A stretch of DNA of 64,000 bases from Octopus sinensis (lineage: Eukaryota), in contig NC_043014.1 in assembly GCF_006345805.1 (NCBI RefSeq), forward strand, positions 25,916,001-25,980,000, written 5' to 3'. The notes under the pieces were generated by a model, which worked only from the letters and a program-made list of their open reading frames with translations, made no database searches and was not told where the DNA came from. Shown in pieces: positions 40,030-53,119 of this stretch. How positions within the stretch are numbered: position 1 is the first letter of the stretch; every line of letters starts with the position of its first letter. The position numbers and the translations under genes were made by a program.

Positions 40030-40420
40030 ATATATATATATATATAAACGAGAGTCTGTGTGTGTGTGTGTGTACCTACGTTCCTTATGCATTCGAAAAC
40101 TGAGTTACCGATGTTGACGTATGGGGTATCAAAGGATTCGGTAATTTTTCGGCTACCAAATAAACTTTATTTTCATTTACATATCTTCTACGTTATCTCA
40201 ACAACTAACTTTAGTTATTTGAAAGACACTGCACTAAAATGACCAGGTTTCATTAGAAAGTGAAACTAGTCTTACACTTTTAATTTAAAACAAAATTACA
40301 AACTGTTGCAATATGTGAGTGACAATGTGTGAATAATGAAAGTAATGTTTTTACGAATTAGTCACATCTGTACTATAATAAAGAAAGCTGTTTATCATCT
40401 ATCTATCTATATAATATTGT
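40030..40420 (+). mobile_element. Helitron 5' end fragment
   Basis: Inverted match to 42415-42545 (..CATTCGAAAACTGAGTT.CCGAT..GTATGGGGTATCAAA.GATTC.GTAAT), which is the 5' end of the Helitron below. Confidence 0.55.
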
Positions 40421-40851
40421 GTTATCCCATAAGTAACACGGTTTTTCAATTGCATGAAAAGTCAGACGGGTTAGGGTAAACTACCTGCATCAATTTGCTA
40501 TAAAAGCACTCACTCACTCACTCACTCACTCACTCACTCACTCACTCTCTCTCTCATGCACATATACACATGCACACATACACACAGCCACACAGGTCCA
40601 TTTCATATACACGTACATACATCTTTCACTTTCTCCTCTCTTTCCCTTTCTGCTCTCACTTCAAAGAAAATGCTGCCTTTTTACTTTCTCCCCTCTTTCA
40701 ATTTCTGCTCTTTTCAAAGCATAAAGAAATTTTTGAAATTACGGAAATTATGATCGGAAATTATGATCGAGTTGACCTCTTTGCTGCTTCAAACGAAAGA
40801 ATGCCATAAAATAACTTCCTTTGACACACACATGCACAAACGCACGCACGC

Positions 40852-40895
<44 letters not shown>

Positions 40896-41510
40896 ACACA
40901 CACACACACATACACACACACACACACTGGGTAAAACGTCTGTACGAATTATGTCATCTCGTGATGTTTGCACGCGCAAAACTACACCTCAAATCCAGTT
41001 GAAATGACCTTTTTCTATTCTGTAGTTTGTGTTTGTTTTCTTCGATATAAACTTAAAAGGAAGTTTTCCCAGAAATTTTGTCCTTTTCCTGTTGTTTCTA
41101 CCATGTGCAAAGTGACATTTGCTTCCTCACCCCTTATCTTTTCCTAAATTTCTTCCGATTCCTGTTTTCGATTCAGGGAATTAGGATTTCGCCCGAAAAA
41201 CACGTTCTCAGTATTTTAATTTTATCCTTTCCTTGATACTAATATACGCAAACCTAGCAAAACCTAGCAAAATTTCGAAGAGGATAGTCATGTGACACGT
41301 TGGAAGTGTTTGAACACGGAGAAAAGCGATGACGAAAACTTTACTACATATGTGAGTAGAGTGAACAGAAAGTGCGATCAACACTGTATAAACTAACTCC
41401 AGACTCGTTCAAGTGCCTGATTTTTGCTTCACAAGTAAATTTCAGGCCCTAACCTGTCATGGAAAACTGTGGGTGTGGGGTATGTGAATTTTGAACCCAC
41501 CGAAAAGTTA

Positions 41511-42545
41511 CTAGTGGATATACTTGCCTTTGCGGCGGTGGGCGCTGCGTCTAACACGACTCATCGTCTGAAAGTTTGACACTTCCTTCAGGTTAGTTGC
41601 CCTACATCACCCAAAAAGTAAATTTGGAGGAACTTTGGTTGTTCATTTGTGGGTAACGGAACCAATAGACTTGCTGATAGACTTGTCCTCAACTTTGAAC
41701 GTCAGTATAAATCCATCTTCAACTATCTCCTTAGATGCACCAAACGATGTCATTTAAAATGTAGTTTTGTATTATCTGATATTGTTGTGGAAGTCCTTTG
41801 ACTGGATCGAAGTGCCTTCCAGAAGATCCATAAGAGGTTGAGGAGGAGCTGGTAGTGTTGGCAACCTTACCTTACCGCCTAAGCAGCGCATGCCGTTAGC
41901 TTTGCCATAAACTTTGCAGAAACGACAATTTGAGTGTAAGCACACTAATTTGGACAGAATTAACATTTTTATAAGAATAAGATGGATCACAGTTAAAAGC
42001 AGTTCCAGGAATTGTGAAGAACAAATTTGTACATGTTCTGTTTCTTAGAGCTATTGTATTGGACCTCTTTTGAGACTTCATTTGAGACTTCATCTGACTT
42101 CATCAGCATGTCTATGCTGATCTTGGGAAAGTCTCACCTTCCTTCTGTATTGATACTCAATCTGACATGTCCATGTTGATCTTGGGAAAGTCTTACCTCC
42201 CTTCTCTCTTGAGACTCGCCTTCGGTTTTCTACAATCGTCCTTGCTTTATAATTGTTTCAGAAGAGATTAGGTTTTTTTCTTTTGTAGCATATTTTTTTC
42301 ACTATTGTAAGAAAAAAAAATGAAATTCGAAAAAATATACATTAATCTTTATTTTAGTATGTCTCTATTTTTGCATGCAGTGTAAATTAACAAAATAGAA
42401 GCAGACTATGGACTGCCGAAAGATTACTGAATCTTTTGATACCCCATACATTAAAATCGGCAACTCAGTTTTCGAATGTATAAAGAACATCCGCACACAC
42501 ACACACACACACACACACAAACTCTCTTATACAATTATATATATA
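41511..42545 (-). mobile_element. Internally deleted Helitron with an N-terminal RepHel fragment
   Basis: C..C..GKVRLPTLPAPPQPLMDLLEG..SKDFHNNIR..MTSFGA. The 3' end has a GC hairpin and then CTAG-T at 41511-41514. Confidence 0.72.
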
Positions 42546-42715
42546 TATATATATATATGTATATCCACATGCATACATAGTGATGCATCGCCTATTTAAC
42601 AATTGGCGATACATTTCAACACTATAACCATGTAGTAACATTAAAATATATAACGAAGCAAGGTAACAACAACGTAACAATCCGGGGAACTCCCCAAGAA
42701 CCATACATGAACTAA

Positions 42716-42736
42716 TCTGTATCTATAAAAGGCATG

Positions 42737-42773
<37 letters not shown>

Positions 42774-43206
42774 TGATTGTAATTTATGCACGTCCACAAC
42801 TTTGCACGCATGTCGCTCCAATTTCAGGAGGACATTCGTCAACATCCTATCTGGGTTTTGTCAACTTATTTTTTTCCCGAGGCACCCGCGGATATTAGTA
42901 AAAATCTATTTTCAGCTATAGCTTTTAGCGGTAAAAATCTATTTTCAGCCATAGCTTTTACCTATTTTGAAGATTGATTACATGAGTTAAGTCCCTTCTA
43001 GCCATAGCCAAGCGAAAGTGTGTGCGTGAGGGAGAGAGAGTGTTTTGCAACGTCTAACAAAAATAGTAAAGAAAAATTATGTGTAAGGAAGAATGGGAGA
43101 TAGTTTGACCAGCGTCTAACAAAAAAAAAACAAGGTAAAGAAAAATGGAAGAGAGGCAGAGAGTTTCACACCGTCTAAACAAAAAAAGGGAAAGATAAAG
43201 TGAGAA

Positions 43207-43237
<31 letters not shown>

Positions 43238-44023
43238 GAGGGAGAGAGAGAGAGAGAGAGAGTAAGTGACGACGTTCATAAAAAATAAAATGTAAAATGT
43301 TTTGTTTTTTCTTAAACACAAGATATAGTGTTCAAATTTAGGATGTTTTTGAAAGACATTATATTTTATAATCATAGTGTATATACTTTCTTACACAACA
43401 ATTACAATATATTTATTTTAAATCATTTATTTATTTTAAATCGTTCATCTTTCTCCCCCCTCTCTCTCTCACACACACATTACTTTGGGTGCGAAAGAGT
43501 TTTATTTTTATTTTACGCCGAGTGAAAAGTGCTTTGTTGACAATCCATTTATTTAACAACAAAGAAACAAAGAGGTAGGTAACAATTTGTCAGTGAATTA
43601 CACAATATAAATGGGTACAATTTCCGAGGCTTCCACTACACCCCACTCCGTTTCATGAACCACAAAAAGGGTTTTGTAGCATATTAGGAGGCCAGAGTAG
43701 TTGCTTCCACGCAAAAAAACCCGATTTTTTTCTTAGTGAAAATCGTGCGAGTGTTAATCTACAAATTTAACAACTTTTTTCCCATTCATTTCTGTTTATG
43801 AACATGTATGCGTGCACAAAACATGGAATATGTGTACGTACGTACGTACGTACGTGTGTGTATGTGTGTTGGTATGTGTTGCCCATATATATTTATATTA
43901 TATTATATTGTATATATTTAATATAATCAATTTCAACGGATTTCGCCCAAAATGACGTCGATAGAACTTGATTAGCTTAATAATCGTAATTTAATCCCGG
44001 GCAAGGCCGGGTTATATTGCTAG
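42716..44023 (+). mobile_element. Non-autonomous Helitron
   Basis: 5' A|TCTGTATCTATAAAAG; 3' hairpin CCCGGGCAAGGCCGGG (43996-44011) and CTAG|T (44020-44023). A/T target, no TSD. Confidence 0.78.
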
Positions 44024-44766
44024 TAAACGATATTGCGACAAACTGCCACGACACCTTACAGCTTCTTGCGATTAACACCTATTCTCGCATGTGGTGTCAT
44101 GCCTCTCGCCACAACACATACATACATACATACATACATACATACATACATACATACATACATACATACATACATACATACATACATGAGTATATTTCGG
44201 TGTAGCAAGTAAAAAAAAAAAAAACGCGAATATTTCAAGTTCGCCAGAACATAGACATAATTTCACACAAAATAGCACTAAATATTGAATGACAGAAATG
44301 ATGTTGTAACCTTAAGGATTACCAAATTAATGTATGTACATCTGTTTTATTTCTCGCAAATTATATAAGTTTCAAAACTATATTATCTTTGGATATATAT
44401 TTTAAATATATAAGTCATCATACAAAACCAAATTCCGCTGTAGTTGTCATGTGACTTGTCTACACAACTGGTTGGTGCACCGCTTCGCCTCTGTTGTTTT
44501 GATGCAGTTCCTACAACCATATAGAGGATATAAAGTGTCTAGGGAGGTTGATTAGTTTTAACATTGTAAGTGAATTTAAGCTTTATTTAAGAGTCCTTTT
44601 GATTTGTCTTCCGTTAGAGTAGCCTGAGATGTTACTTGGGTTAGTTATAGTCTTTCATTATTTAACAAAATGATGTTTGCTAAAACAAACAACAACAATA
44701 ACAGTAACAACTACAAACAGACATCTTTCGCATCGTAAAAGGAAATGAAATATTTTCTTCTTCCGC

Positions 44767-44894
44767 TTAGAATTTAGTTGTGACTCTGTTGTCGTTACTT
44801 ATTCTTGGCACAGGTTCTTCGAGGAGCTTCCAATGCAACTCGTCTTCAAATAAGTCATCAGGTTCATTCCATATTGGAAGTTTTAAGATTAGAC
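44767..44894 (-). CDS. Rh: Rh-family paralogue B, last coding exon
   Basis: Acceptor tttaacag. Reads G-LILKLPIWNEPDDLFEDELHWKLLEEPVPRISNDNRVTTKF*. Same phase as the RhA last exon. Confidence 0.88.
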
Positions 44895-45043
44895 CTGTTA
44901 AAGTAAATGTAGAATAAAAAATAGAGGGCTAATATGACAAATGGAGCAGAGTATTAGGTATATGAACAGTTGTTGTTGTTGGTGATGTTGTGGACGCATC
45001 AATGTATGTGGGTGTGCGTGTGTGTGTGGTGTATGTGGTGTGT

Positions 45044-45107
<64 letters not shown>

Positions 45108-45139
45108 CGTGTGTGTGCGTGCGTGCATGTGTGCGTGTA

Positions 45140-46825
45140 TAGTGGCTGGTTGGCTGTGAATTGATTAATCACTCAGTTTACAAGTAACGAGCCATATATA
45201 TATATTGATACACACTGTAAACGTCAGTAAGGTGAATTAATTCTGTTATTGTTAATTGTTGCGTCGTTTGACGCTGGTTTTTGCTGCCTTACGGCAGTTT
45301 TGTTGACGTGTTCCGCCTTTGTTGAAGGGGGTAACATGTTTTTTTTTTTTTAAAAGATGGAATATGAAAAGATGCGTTCGTCCGGGGACGAATTACTCCA
45401 AGCAATTTTTGAGATAGACAAGCAGGAAGAAAGAATGAATGTTGCGGTGGCGGCCAAAAGCCACAAAGAAGTGAACAGTGAAAAGCTGGACAACTACAAG
45501 AATCTGCTTCGTAGGGCAGGGCAAGACGTAAAGTTGTCCCCTCCCCAAGACGTATTACAGGAGACTAAGAACAGAATGATAACTTACAGAACTTATTTTG
45601 TCAAGGTCCAGAAAATAGGAGTAATGATGAACGGAGAAATTGAAAAGGCGCTAAACCCTATCTGGTAGTGGGAGAAAATTCAGAATGGTAGAGGTGCGGT
45701 TCCGGGATGGAGCAACAGCCAGGCGACACTCGGTGACCCTCCTGAAAACAGATGAGGTAATTCTTCTATCCATATACCTTAGAAGGCGTGCTCCCAGAGT
45801 GAGGGTGGAAGATATACCTCCGGAGATAAATGTGGCCTGGCTGGTGGCAGCGATATTGCTGAGTATGAAGGATAAGATAACAGTCCTCCAAGATACTAGC
45901 AATGCTAACAAGAATTGGCAGGAGTAGACTCTGAATATGGTGATTCAAGCAACCGCCGAGAACCTCGAAGAAATGGTATAAACCATAACGATCAAGGTTA
46001 GTTTGGAGGGCAGGAACCATCGGTGTTGCAAATGTGGTAACAAAGGTTACATTAGAATAGACCGCTCTCCACTACTCATAAATCATCCAGAAGCGACAGT
46101 GTCCATAAAAGAAACCGCAGCTCCACCAACGGAGAAGGTCAACGGAAGTACAGAGGAAAAAGAAGGAAACATAACCAAGGACGGATGGGAAATTATTGAA
46201 AGAAATAGCAGAAAGAGGAGAAAAAAAGATACAAACTATGAATCAGGACCCCCATCCCACACTCACCCAACTCCAACCCGAATCCAGTTCGTCTCACCCT
46301 TCCCTTGCAGACACCAAAACTCGCCCTGCCTCACCTGACCTTTACAAAATGAACACAAGCATGCAGGAGCCCCAAATTTCCCAGCTCCCAATCTGTGAAG
46401 AAAAAAGAGCATAGTGCTTTACAATGCACAGAATGGCAAATTGTTAAAAAAGGTGAACAGTTGGACGAAACGAATAGAAGTAATCACTGCAGAAGTCCCC
46501 CCCCCCACTAAAGTGTGTAATAGTGGATACAATATATACAGTGGGACGGAAAGAATATGGAATCGATGTGTTGCACTGGCAGAAAAGAATTGAAATTAGA
46601 TGTCTGCCAACGGTGGCGGGTCATAAAGGTCCAATTAATGATTATAATATAGACATCTTAAAAAGTTATAATAAGTAAAACAAGATAAATGGAGTCACCC
46701 GGATTTGGGGACGAACGACTTCATTCTATTTTATTATCCCATTAATTAATTCATTCATTTTTATCCGTCTGTGTTCCCACTTTGTATTGTCTCTCTATCC
46801 TCGCCCCTTGTGGGTAATAAAAATG
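45140..46825 (+). mobile_element. ORF1-only relative of the Tx1 LINE (no ORF2), decayed; half-L1-like
   Basis: Stop-riddled ORF1 from 45357 aligns by eye with Tx1 ORF1 (ALNPIW/ALKPIW, MVEVRF/TVEVRF, IPPEINVAWLVAAIL/IPPEQKISWLVAAVL, LEGRNHRCCKC/VEGRKPKCFLC, GWEII..RKRRKK/EWNIV..KKRRKK). It ends GCCCCTTGTGGGTAATAAAAA like the Tx1 3' end. The 5' boundary is approximate. Confidence 0.72.
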
Positions 46826-47254
46826 ATATAGATTTCATACTGAAGAGAAAAGCAATTATGGGACTTCTATCTACGAAGGATTTTACCATGGATTTATATT
46901 ATTTCTCAAAATTTTTAGCCCAAATTTATACCAATACACTTCTATACAAATAACTTTTTTAACAACACCTTTATCATACGATTTTAAACAGCATCCCTAT
47001 CATTCGATTTACTACATTGAATTTCTTAGATACAGGCGTGAAGCTGAAAGCAATGTTCAATGAAAAAGGACGAACATTATTGATGGTTATGACTGTTGGC
47101 ACCTCACATCTAGGAATTACTAGGAATTTTACGTTCCCGATCACAATATATACTTACATGTATTATATCATGAGTAGCCTGACACATGGTCTAATTTATA
47201 TAGAAATAGATACATATTTATAAGTCAACGGAGGAATATATGCACATATATGTT

Positions 47255-47288
<34 letters not shown>

Positions 47289-47321
47289 ATATATATAATA
47301 TATATATATATTATATATATA

Positions 47322-47487
47322 TAAATAGATGAGTGTATTTTACCTTGTTAACAATTAACACGGATAAATGAATGAATAGTTACCAGGGCAGCAAAAATCT
47401 CACAAGTATCAGTGGAATTTTTGAAACATATGTAGAAAGTTAAAATACTTGTTTAAACCTGCGTTAACTCCATTTTTTATTCATATA

Positions 47488-47531
<44 letters not shown>

Positions 47532-47694
47532 GAGTGTATTTTACCTTGTTAACAATTAACACGGATAAATGAATGAATAGTTACCAGGGCAGCAAAAATC
47601 TCACAAGTATCAGTGGAATTTTTGAAACATATGTAGAAAGTTAAAATACTTGTTTAAACCTGCGTTAACTCCATTTTTTATTCATATATATATA

Positions 47695-47700
<6 letters not shown>
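47322..47700. repeat. Tandem duplication of a ~170-bp unique unit separated by (TA)n
   Basis: ATAAATAGATGAGTG..CCATTTTTTATTC is repeated essentially identically at ~47322 and ~47522. Confidence 0.9.
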
Positions 47701-47759
<59 letters not shown>

Positions 47760-47764
<5 letters not shown>

Positions 47765-48577
47765 CAAAAATGGGGCAAGAACGCAAAACATCCAGAGAGT
47801 TAGGTGAAACAAAAATGGGGCAACAAAATATCCATACAGACGATACAAGGAATACTAGGACGGATCATTCGGTGTTTTCTATCCTCAGTCGAGTTCCGGA
47901 TTATCTTTGCAATTTCGGTTGGTTATACTCGAGATTGCTCCAATCTGGCCAGGCCCAAGAAAAACATAAGCTAAGAGCATTACATTCCTTCGAAGAAGGC
48001 AGCGAATGTATACGAAAACAAAGACGAACAAAACACAGAAATGTTACACAAATACAAATAACAGGACACAACAACAGGTGTCTTTCGACTAAGGTCGAAT
48101 TAAATTAAGCTGGCGTGTGTGGAAGTAGAGCCTTACGGCAGGGACATAAGATTTAACAAGCACAGGAAGGAATATAGATGTTGCACGGACAGTAGTCCAA
48201 CCAAGAAAGAAAGGTCAGGCCTGGCTGAACACCGGTCACGTGGGGAGAGAAAAGAGAGAGGTAAAGGCAGGGGGATAGAAGAATTAAGGAGGGGCGAGAG
48301 AAAAATGAAAGAGAGACAGTGAAGTGAAATAGGGAAAGTGAACATGAAGAGAAGGCCAGGAAATGTGAGAGGGGGGGAATGAAAGAACGAAGAGTGGAAT
48401 GAACGAAGTGTGAAAGGGCTGAAAGAAAGAAGGAAAGAAAGAAAGAATTCAAAGAATAATAGAGTCGTACAAAATTTAGATATATATACTTACATATAAG
48501 AGACCACAGTGTACGTACGCCGCTATATAAATTACATAAATGGGACAAGAACGCAAAACATCCAGACAGTTAGGTGA
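47760..48577. repeat. Interspersed repeat with terminal direct repeats between (TA)n tracts; class uncertain
   Basis: AAATGGG(G/A)CAAGAACGCAAAACATCCAGA(G/C)AGTTAGGTGA occurs at ~47768 and ~48538. Confidence 0.5.
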
Positions 48578-48999
48578 TATATATATATATATATATATAT
48601 ATGTATACACACACTGTTAGGAAATTAGGGTTTTCTTAAAAATTGTGCCTGTTTTATGAGTATATTGTGAAATAATATTATTACTGGGCACTGTTACCTA
48701 CACTGTATTATAAATTTTAACAGGTAAACAGACAGTTTTCAAAGCTGCACTGTAAGGTCAGGATGAAGTCCATTGTCAAAATGAGGGAAGTTAGGTGTAA
48801 ATAGCCAAAATGTGAAACTCTAACAAATTGGCTAGACCTTAGTAAACCTTTATAAGCAGAGATAATTGTACACTGAGTTTTTGTGACAGTGAAAGTTTTA
48901 GTTTATGCGCTTTGTGCTTTGTGTTAGGCATTTATGGATTTATTTTATGCTTCAGGAATTCGCCAGAACTTTTGCTTGCCAAATTTAAATAATTTCTGT

Positions 49000-49330
49000 G
49001 TCACATCTGGGTCCAAATTTCGGCATCAAATTTTGAAAACCAAATTTATGAAACCAAATTTTGCAATCCAAATTTATGAAACCAAATTTTGGAATCCAAA
49101 TTTCGGAATCCAAATTTATGAAACCAAATTCTGGAATCCAAATTTATGAAACCGTATTTTTGAAACCAAATTTATGAAACCAAATTCATGAAACCGAATT
49201 TATGAAACCAAATTTCAGAATCCAAATTTATGAAACCATATTTTTGACAGCAAATTTATGAAACCAAATTCATGAAACCAAATTTATGGAATCAAGTTTA
49301 TGAAACCAAATTATGAAACCAAATTTTTGA
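49000..49330. repeat. Minisatellite of ~14-15 nt units (GAAACCAAATTTAT / GGAATCCAAATTT)
   Basis: About 20 variant units are directly visible. Confidence 0.9.
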
Positions 49331-49362
49331 ATCCTTTCGGTGTCTATAAAATAAGTAGTAGT

Positions 49363-49416
<54 letters not shown>

Positions 49417-49418
<2 letters not shown>

Positions 49419-50173
49419 GAATGGTTGTATACTGTCAATCTAACAAGAACGTGACAGTAGGGGGTTACACCACCGCTGTATAGCCCTAGGAAGCATCGAA
49501 CGCCTCCTGATAGCTTTGACACATTTTTTCCCTGTGTCCTTATATAGATATACGAAGGGGAGACAAACACCCCCGGCTGCCGGAACTGCATCTAGGGACA
49601 CCGTGTTTCAGGATCTTTGTCCTTCATCGGCCTAGAGTAGCAGACACCGGTCAGCTGGTGATATTTGCCTCGACTTCGTAATTCTATATATCTATATTCA
49701 GTGAAGTTTATTCACTGATTATCAAAATAAGAAATATTGAATTTCTAAATCTCTCGTAGAGACATGTACGGTGGTGGGGCGATAGAATGGTTGTATACTG
49801 TCAATCTAACAAGAACGTGACAGTAGGGGGTACACCACCGCTGTATAGCCCTAGGAAGCATCGAACGCCTCCTGATAGCTTTGACCGGTGTCTGCTACTC
49901 TAGGCCGATGAAGGACAAAGATCCTGAAACACGGTGTCCCTAGATGCAGTTCCGGCAGCCGGGGGTGTTTGTCTCCCCTTCGTATATCTATATAAGGACA
50001 CAGGGAAAAAATGTGTCAAAGCTATCAGGAGGCGTTCGATGCTTCCTAGGGCTATATAGCGGTGGTGTACCCCCTACTGTCACGTTCTTGTTAGATTGAC
50101 AGTATACAACCATTCTATCGCCCCACCACCGTACATGTCTCTACGAGAGATTTAGAAATTCAATATTTCTTAT
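49417..50173. mobile_element. Penelope-type pseudo-LTR in partial tandem and inverted arrangement, between two (TA)n tracts
   Basis: Block order A-B-C-D-A-B'-A'-D' (prime = reverse complement). 49417-49653 pairs with 49882-50117. Block B contains a hammerhead. Confidence 0.72.
49899..49944 (+). ncRNA. Minimal type I hammerhead ribozyme, U4C core variant (second copy on - at 49591-49636)
   Basis: Stem I TCTAGG/CCTAGA, core CCGATGA, stem II AGGA/TCCT, GAAA, near-palindromic stem III CACGGTG, cleavage triplet GTC (after 49938). Confidence 0.75.
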
Positions 50174-50183
50174 ATATATTTAA

Positions 50184-50310
<127 letters not shown>

Positions 50311-50543
50311 GTGTGTGTGTGTGTGTGTGTGTGTGTGAACATGTGTGTGTGTAGCTTTGATTACACGGAAGTGATAAAGAATTCACATGTCAAAGTGAAG
50401 CACACCACAAACTGACTAGAAATAATGGAGCAAATGTAACTGTTAAATCATCCAGAGTACATAGATGAAGAGAAGTTCACTACTGTTAGATAATCCGCAA
50501 CTCCAATAGTAGCTAAAAATATTCAACAACGTTAATATATATA

Positions 50544-51870
50544 CTAGCAGAATTGCCCGGCGATGCTCGGGGCTGAATTGCTTGAAAGTACTGTTAATGA
50601 TTGCACTGAATTATGATGATTATTCAGGCAAATATTGATATAAGTTTACGGTGGGAGATAAGGACTTAACGATCAAACGTGTGCCATTGCATTGTTTTGA
50701 GGGAACCAAATTTCTAATGAGCATTATAGGGGCACCAACTTTAAGTTTGAGAATGTGTGGTGGTAGTCCGGGGGGCTCAAAGGAATTGAGTACCTCTATT
50801 GGATAGTTGATGACGTCCTCTGGGTCAGGAGTTGTATCGATAGACTGATATACATAGACATCCCCAAGAATGAGTTTTAGCATTTCATCATTAATATGGT
50901 GAACAGTTTTATTCCTCGGGGCCAGAATAGCCCTTTGGCAAATCCAATCCATATTCTGATAATTAGATTGTAGATCTGAGAACACTGCATCTCTGAGATC
51001 AGAAGGCGTTTTAACAATGGTACAAATGGAATCGATGGCAATATTACCATATTCATCCCCTGGTATTTTGCCTTCGCCAAGTGCAAAGAGGGTGTGAGAA
51101 AATGCTGCTGATGTGATATTACGTCGCATATGAGCACGCATATTGGTGTGAAGTTTGAGAGTCTTCACCAGTAGCCACAATGTGGATGACTTAAGACACG
51201 CACTTACTGCATCAGCTCTACTCCCTTTGGTAATAACGGGAAGTGTTTGTTGGAAGCCCCCTGAAAGAAGAAGTGTTATGCCTCCCATGGGAGCTGAAGA
51301 GTGTTTGATGTCTCTGAGAGATCTATCTAGTGCCTCAAGAGCACCTCTGTGGGCCATCGTGCATTCATCCCAAACGATAAGCTTGCATCGTCTGAAGACT
51401 TCTGCCTGATCGGAGCTGTTACTGATGTTGCAAGTTGGTGTCTCAGTCTTCGCTAAGTCAAGCGGAAGCTTGAAAGTGGAGTGAGCTATCCTGCCGCCTG
51501 GCAACAAAGTAGCCGCAATTCCAGATGATGCCACAGCTAGGGCAATGCCTTGTATTCGCCTAATCTCAGCCAATATTAATTTGTTGAGAAAAGTTTTCCA
51601 GTGCCCCCAGGAGCGTCCCGGAAAAAAATCCCCTCAGCTTTGGCCCGGACTGAATTAACAACGGAGTTGTAAGCGAACTTCTGTTCTGGAAGGAGCTTTG
51701 GCTCATTGTCGGCTATGCACACGGCAAGTTCGTCAACATTAAAACATGTCTCACGCAGCAAATGTGAAGTCAGAGTGTTTGTACCTTCCCGGTTTGTTGA
51801 AGGTAGGCCATAGACCGGCAAGGCACTACCGCCCATATCAAGTACAGTATCTTCGAACGTAGTTTGTTAC
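50544..51870 (-). mobile_element. Helitron remnant with a PIF1-like helicase ORF (50620-51573), 3' end intact
   Basis: DAPGGTGK, VASSGIAATLLPGG, IVWDEC, GGITLLLSG, RAILAPRN, LKLKVGAPIMLIRNL..CNGTRL. The last helicase motifs are deleted. The GC hairpin (50556-50572) is followed by CTAG-T (50544-50547). Confidence 0.88.
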
Positions 51871-52985
51871 CACACAGCCACACCTGCCCCTATGTATGTG
51901 TGTGTGTGTGTGCGTGTGTGTGTATGGGTAGATATATTATGCATGTATATATATGTATATATATGTGTGTACATATTACATGTACATCTATATATATATA
52001 CATCTACACATAAAATACAAAATACAAAGTTATATCTTGATATCGCTAGTGATAACAATACTCAAAATATATAACAGACTGGTATTGTAGGCCCGTCTCT
52101 TGCAATTTCGATCAATTGGATCTTGTCCTCCGTCTTGTATAGAAGTGTACAGCTGCAGCGAAATTCATTTTTGAACTTTCTTCTATCGAAGGCATTTTAA
52201 CAAAAATGCTTCCGTAAAGACGATGAAAATATTGTCAATTTCCCCAAACAGGGACACAATTCAATTTTGAAACAATAACCAAAGCCTCTTCTCCGAACGG
52301 GGGAGGGTTACGGTTTACAATTATTTAACAAATGCAACACAACAACGTTTCCCTGGCGAGGAACCAACAAACGTGATTACAATAGTCAAACAGTAATAAT
52401 AATAACAACAAACCTTTTTAATTTATCCCCATTTATGTGAAACCACTTATTCAAGTTCAAGTCATTGATGCAATTTTATACGAATTGCTAATACACACAC
52501 ACACATAATAAGGGTGAAAAATTGAATATTAATTTGATTAATATGAATTGAAAACCAGTGGTGTAGCATATAAGACCATAGCGGATCTTCTTCTAGCAAA
52601 AAGGATGACCAGTATTAATGGCTGATCCCTGTTATATAAATACTTTCACTTTAATTGTTGCACACTTGCAAAGAGAAAGGAGGAGAATGTGTAGTGGTAA
52701 TGGAAGGAGTGAAGCACTTGAAATGAAAGAAGCAAATCGTAAAATATCGAGTTTTCTCGAATTTTTGCTTAATTGGGGGTCAAATCGGAAAAACTTTACC
52801 CAATGGAATCTACTTGCAAAAATCATAGGTAAATTCCAATTGAAGAAATTATATATTGTACAATTGTATAAAAAACAAACGATTTTGGAGGCAGAGAAAA
52901 TCTGCCTTTTATCATAAGAGATGTATATATATATATATATATTATATATATATATATATATATAATATATATATATATATATTAC

Positions 52986-53119
52986 CTGTAAGAACACCGC
53001 CGACGATCGCAATCACAAGAGTTACACATAGAGCAGCAATCTGGAATCCTCCTTGTACAATAGCTGTTCTATAATCGCTGCTGGCTGGATCTTTTCGGAT
53101 TGTATAGATGTCACCCAAG
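52986..53119 (-). CDS. Rh: Rh-family paralogue B, penultimate coding exon
   Basis: Acceptor tttcccag and donor gtaat. Phase 2 in, phase 1 out. Reads LGDIYTIRKDPASSDYRTAIVQGGFQIAALCVTLVIAIVGGVLT-G. Confidence 0.88.

Noticed and set aside
48990-49340. Regular short repeats as a CRISPR-like array
   Set aside because: There are no unique spacers and no cas genes, and the context is eukaryotic; this is a minisatellite.
50620-51573. PIF1-like ORF as a host helicase gene
   Set aside because: It is intronless, truncated before the last motifs, and joined to a Helitron hairpin-CTAG end.
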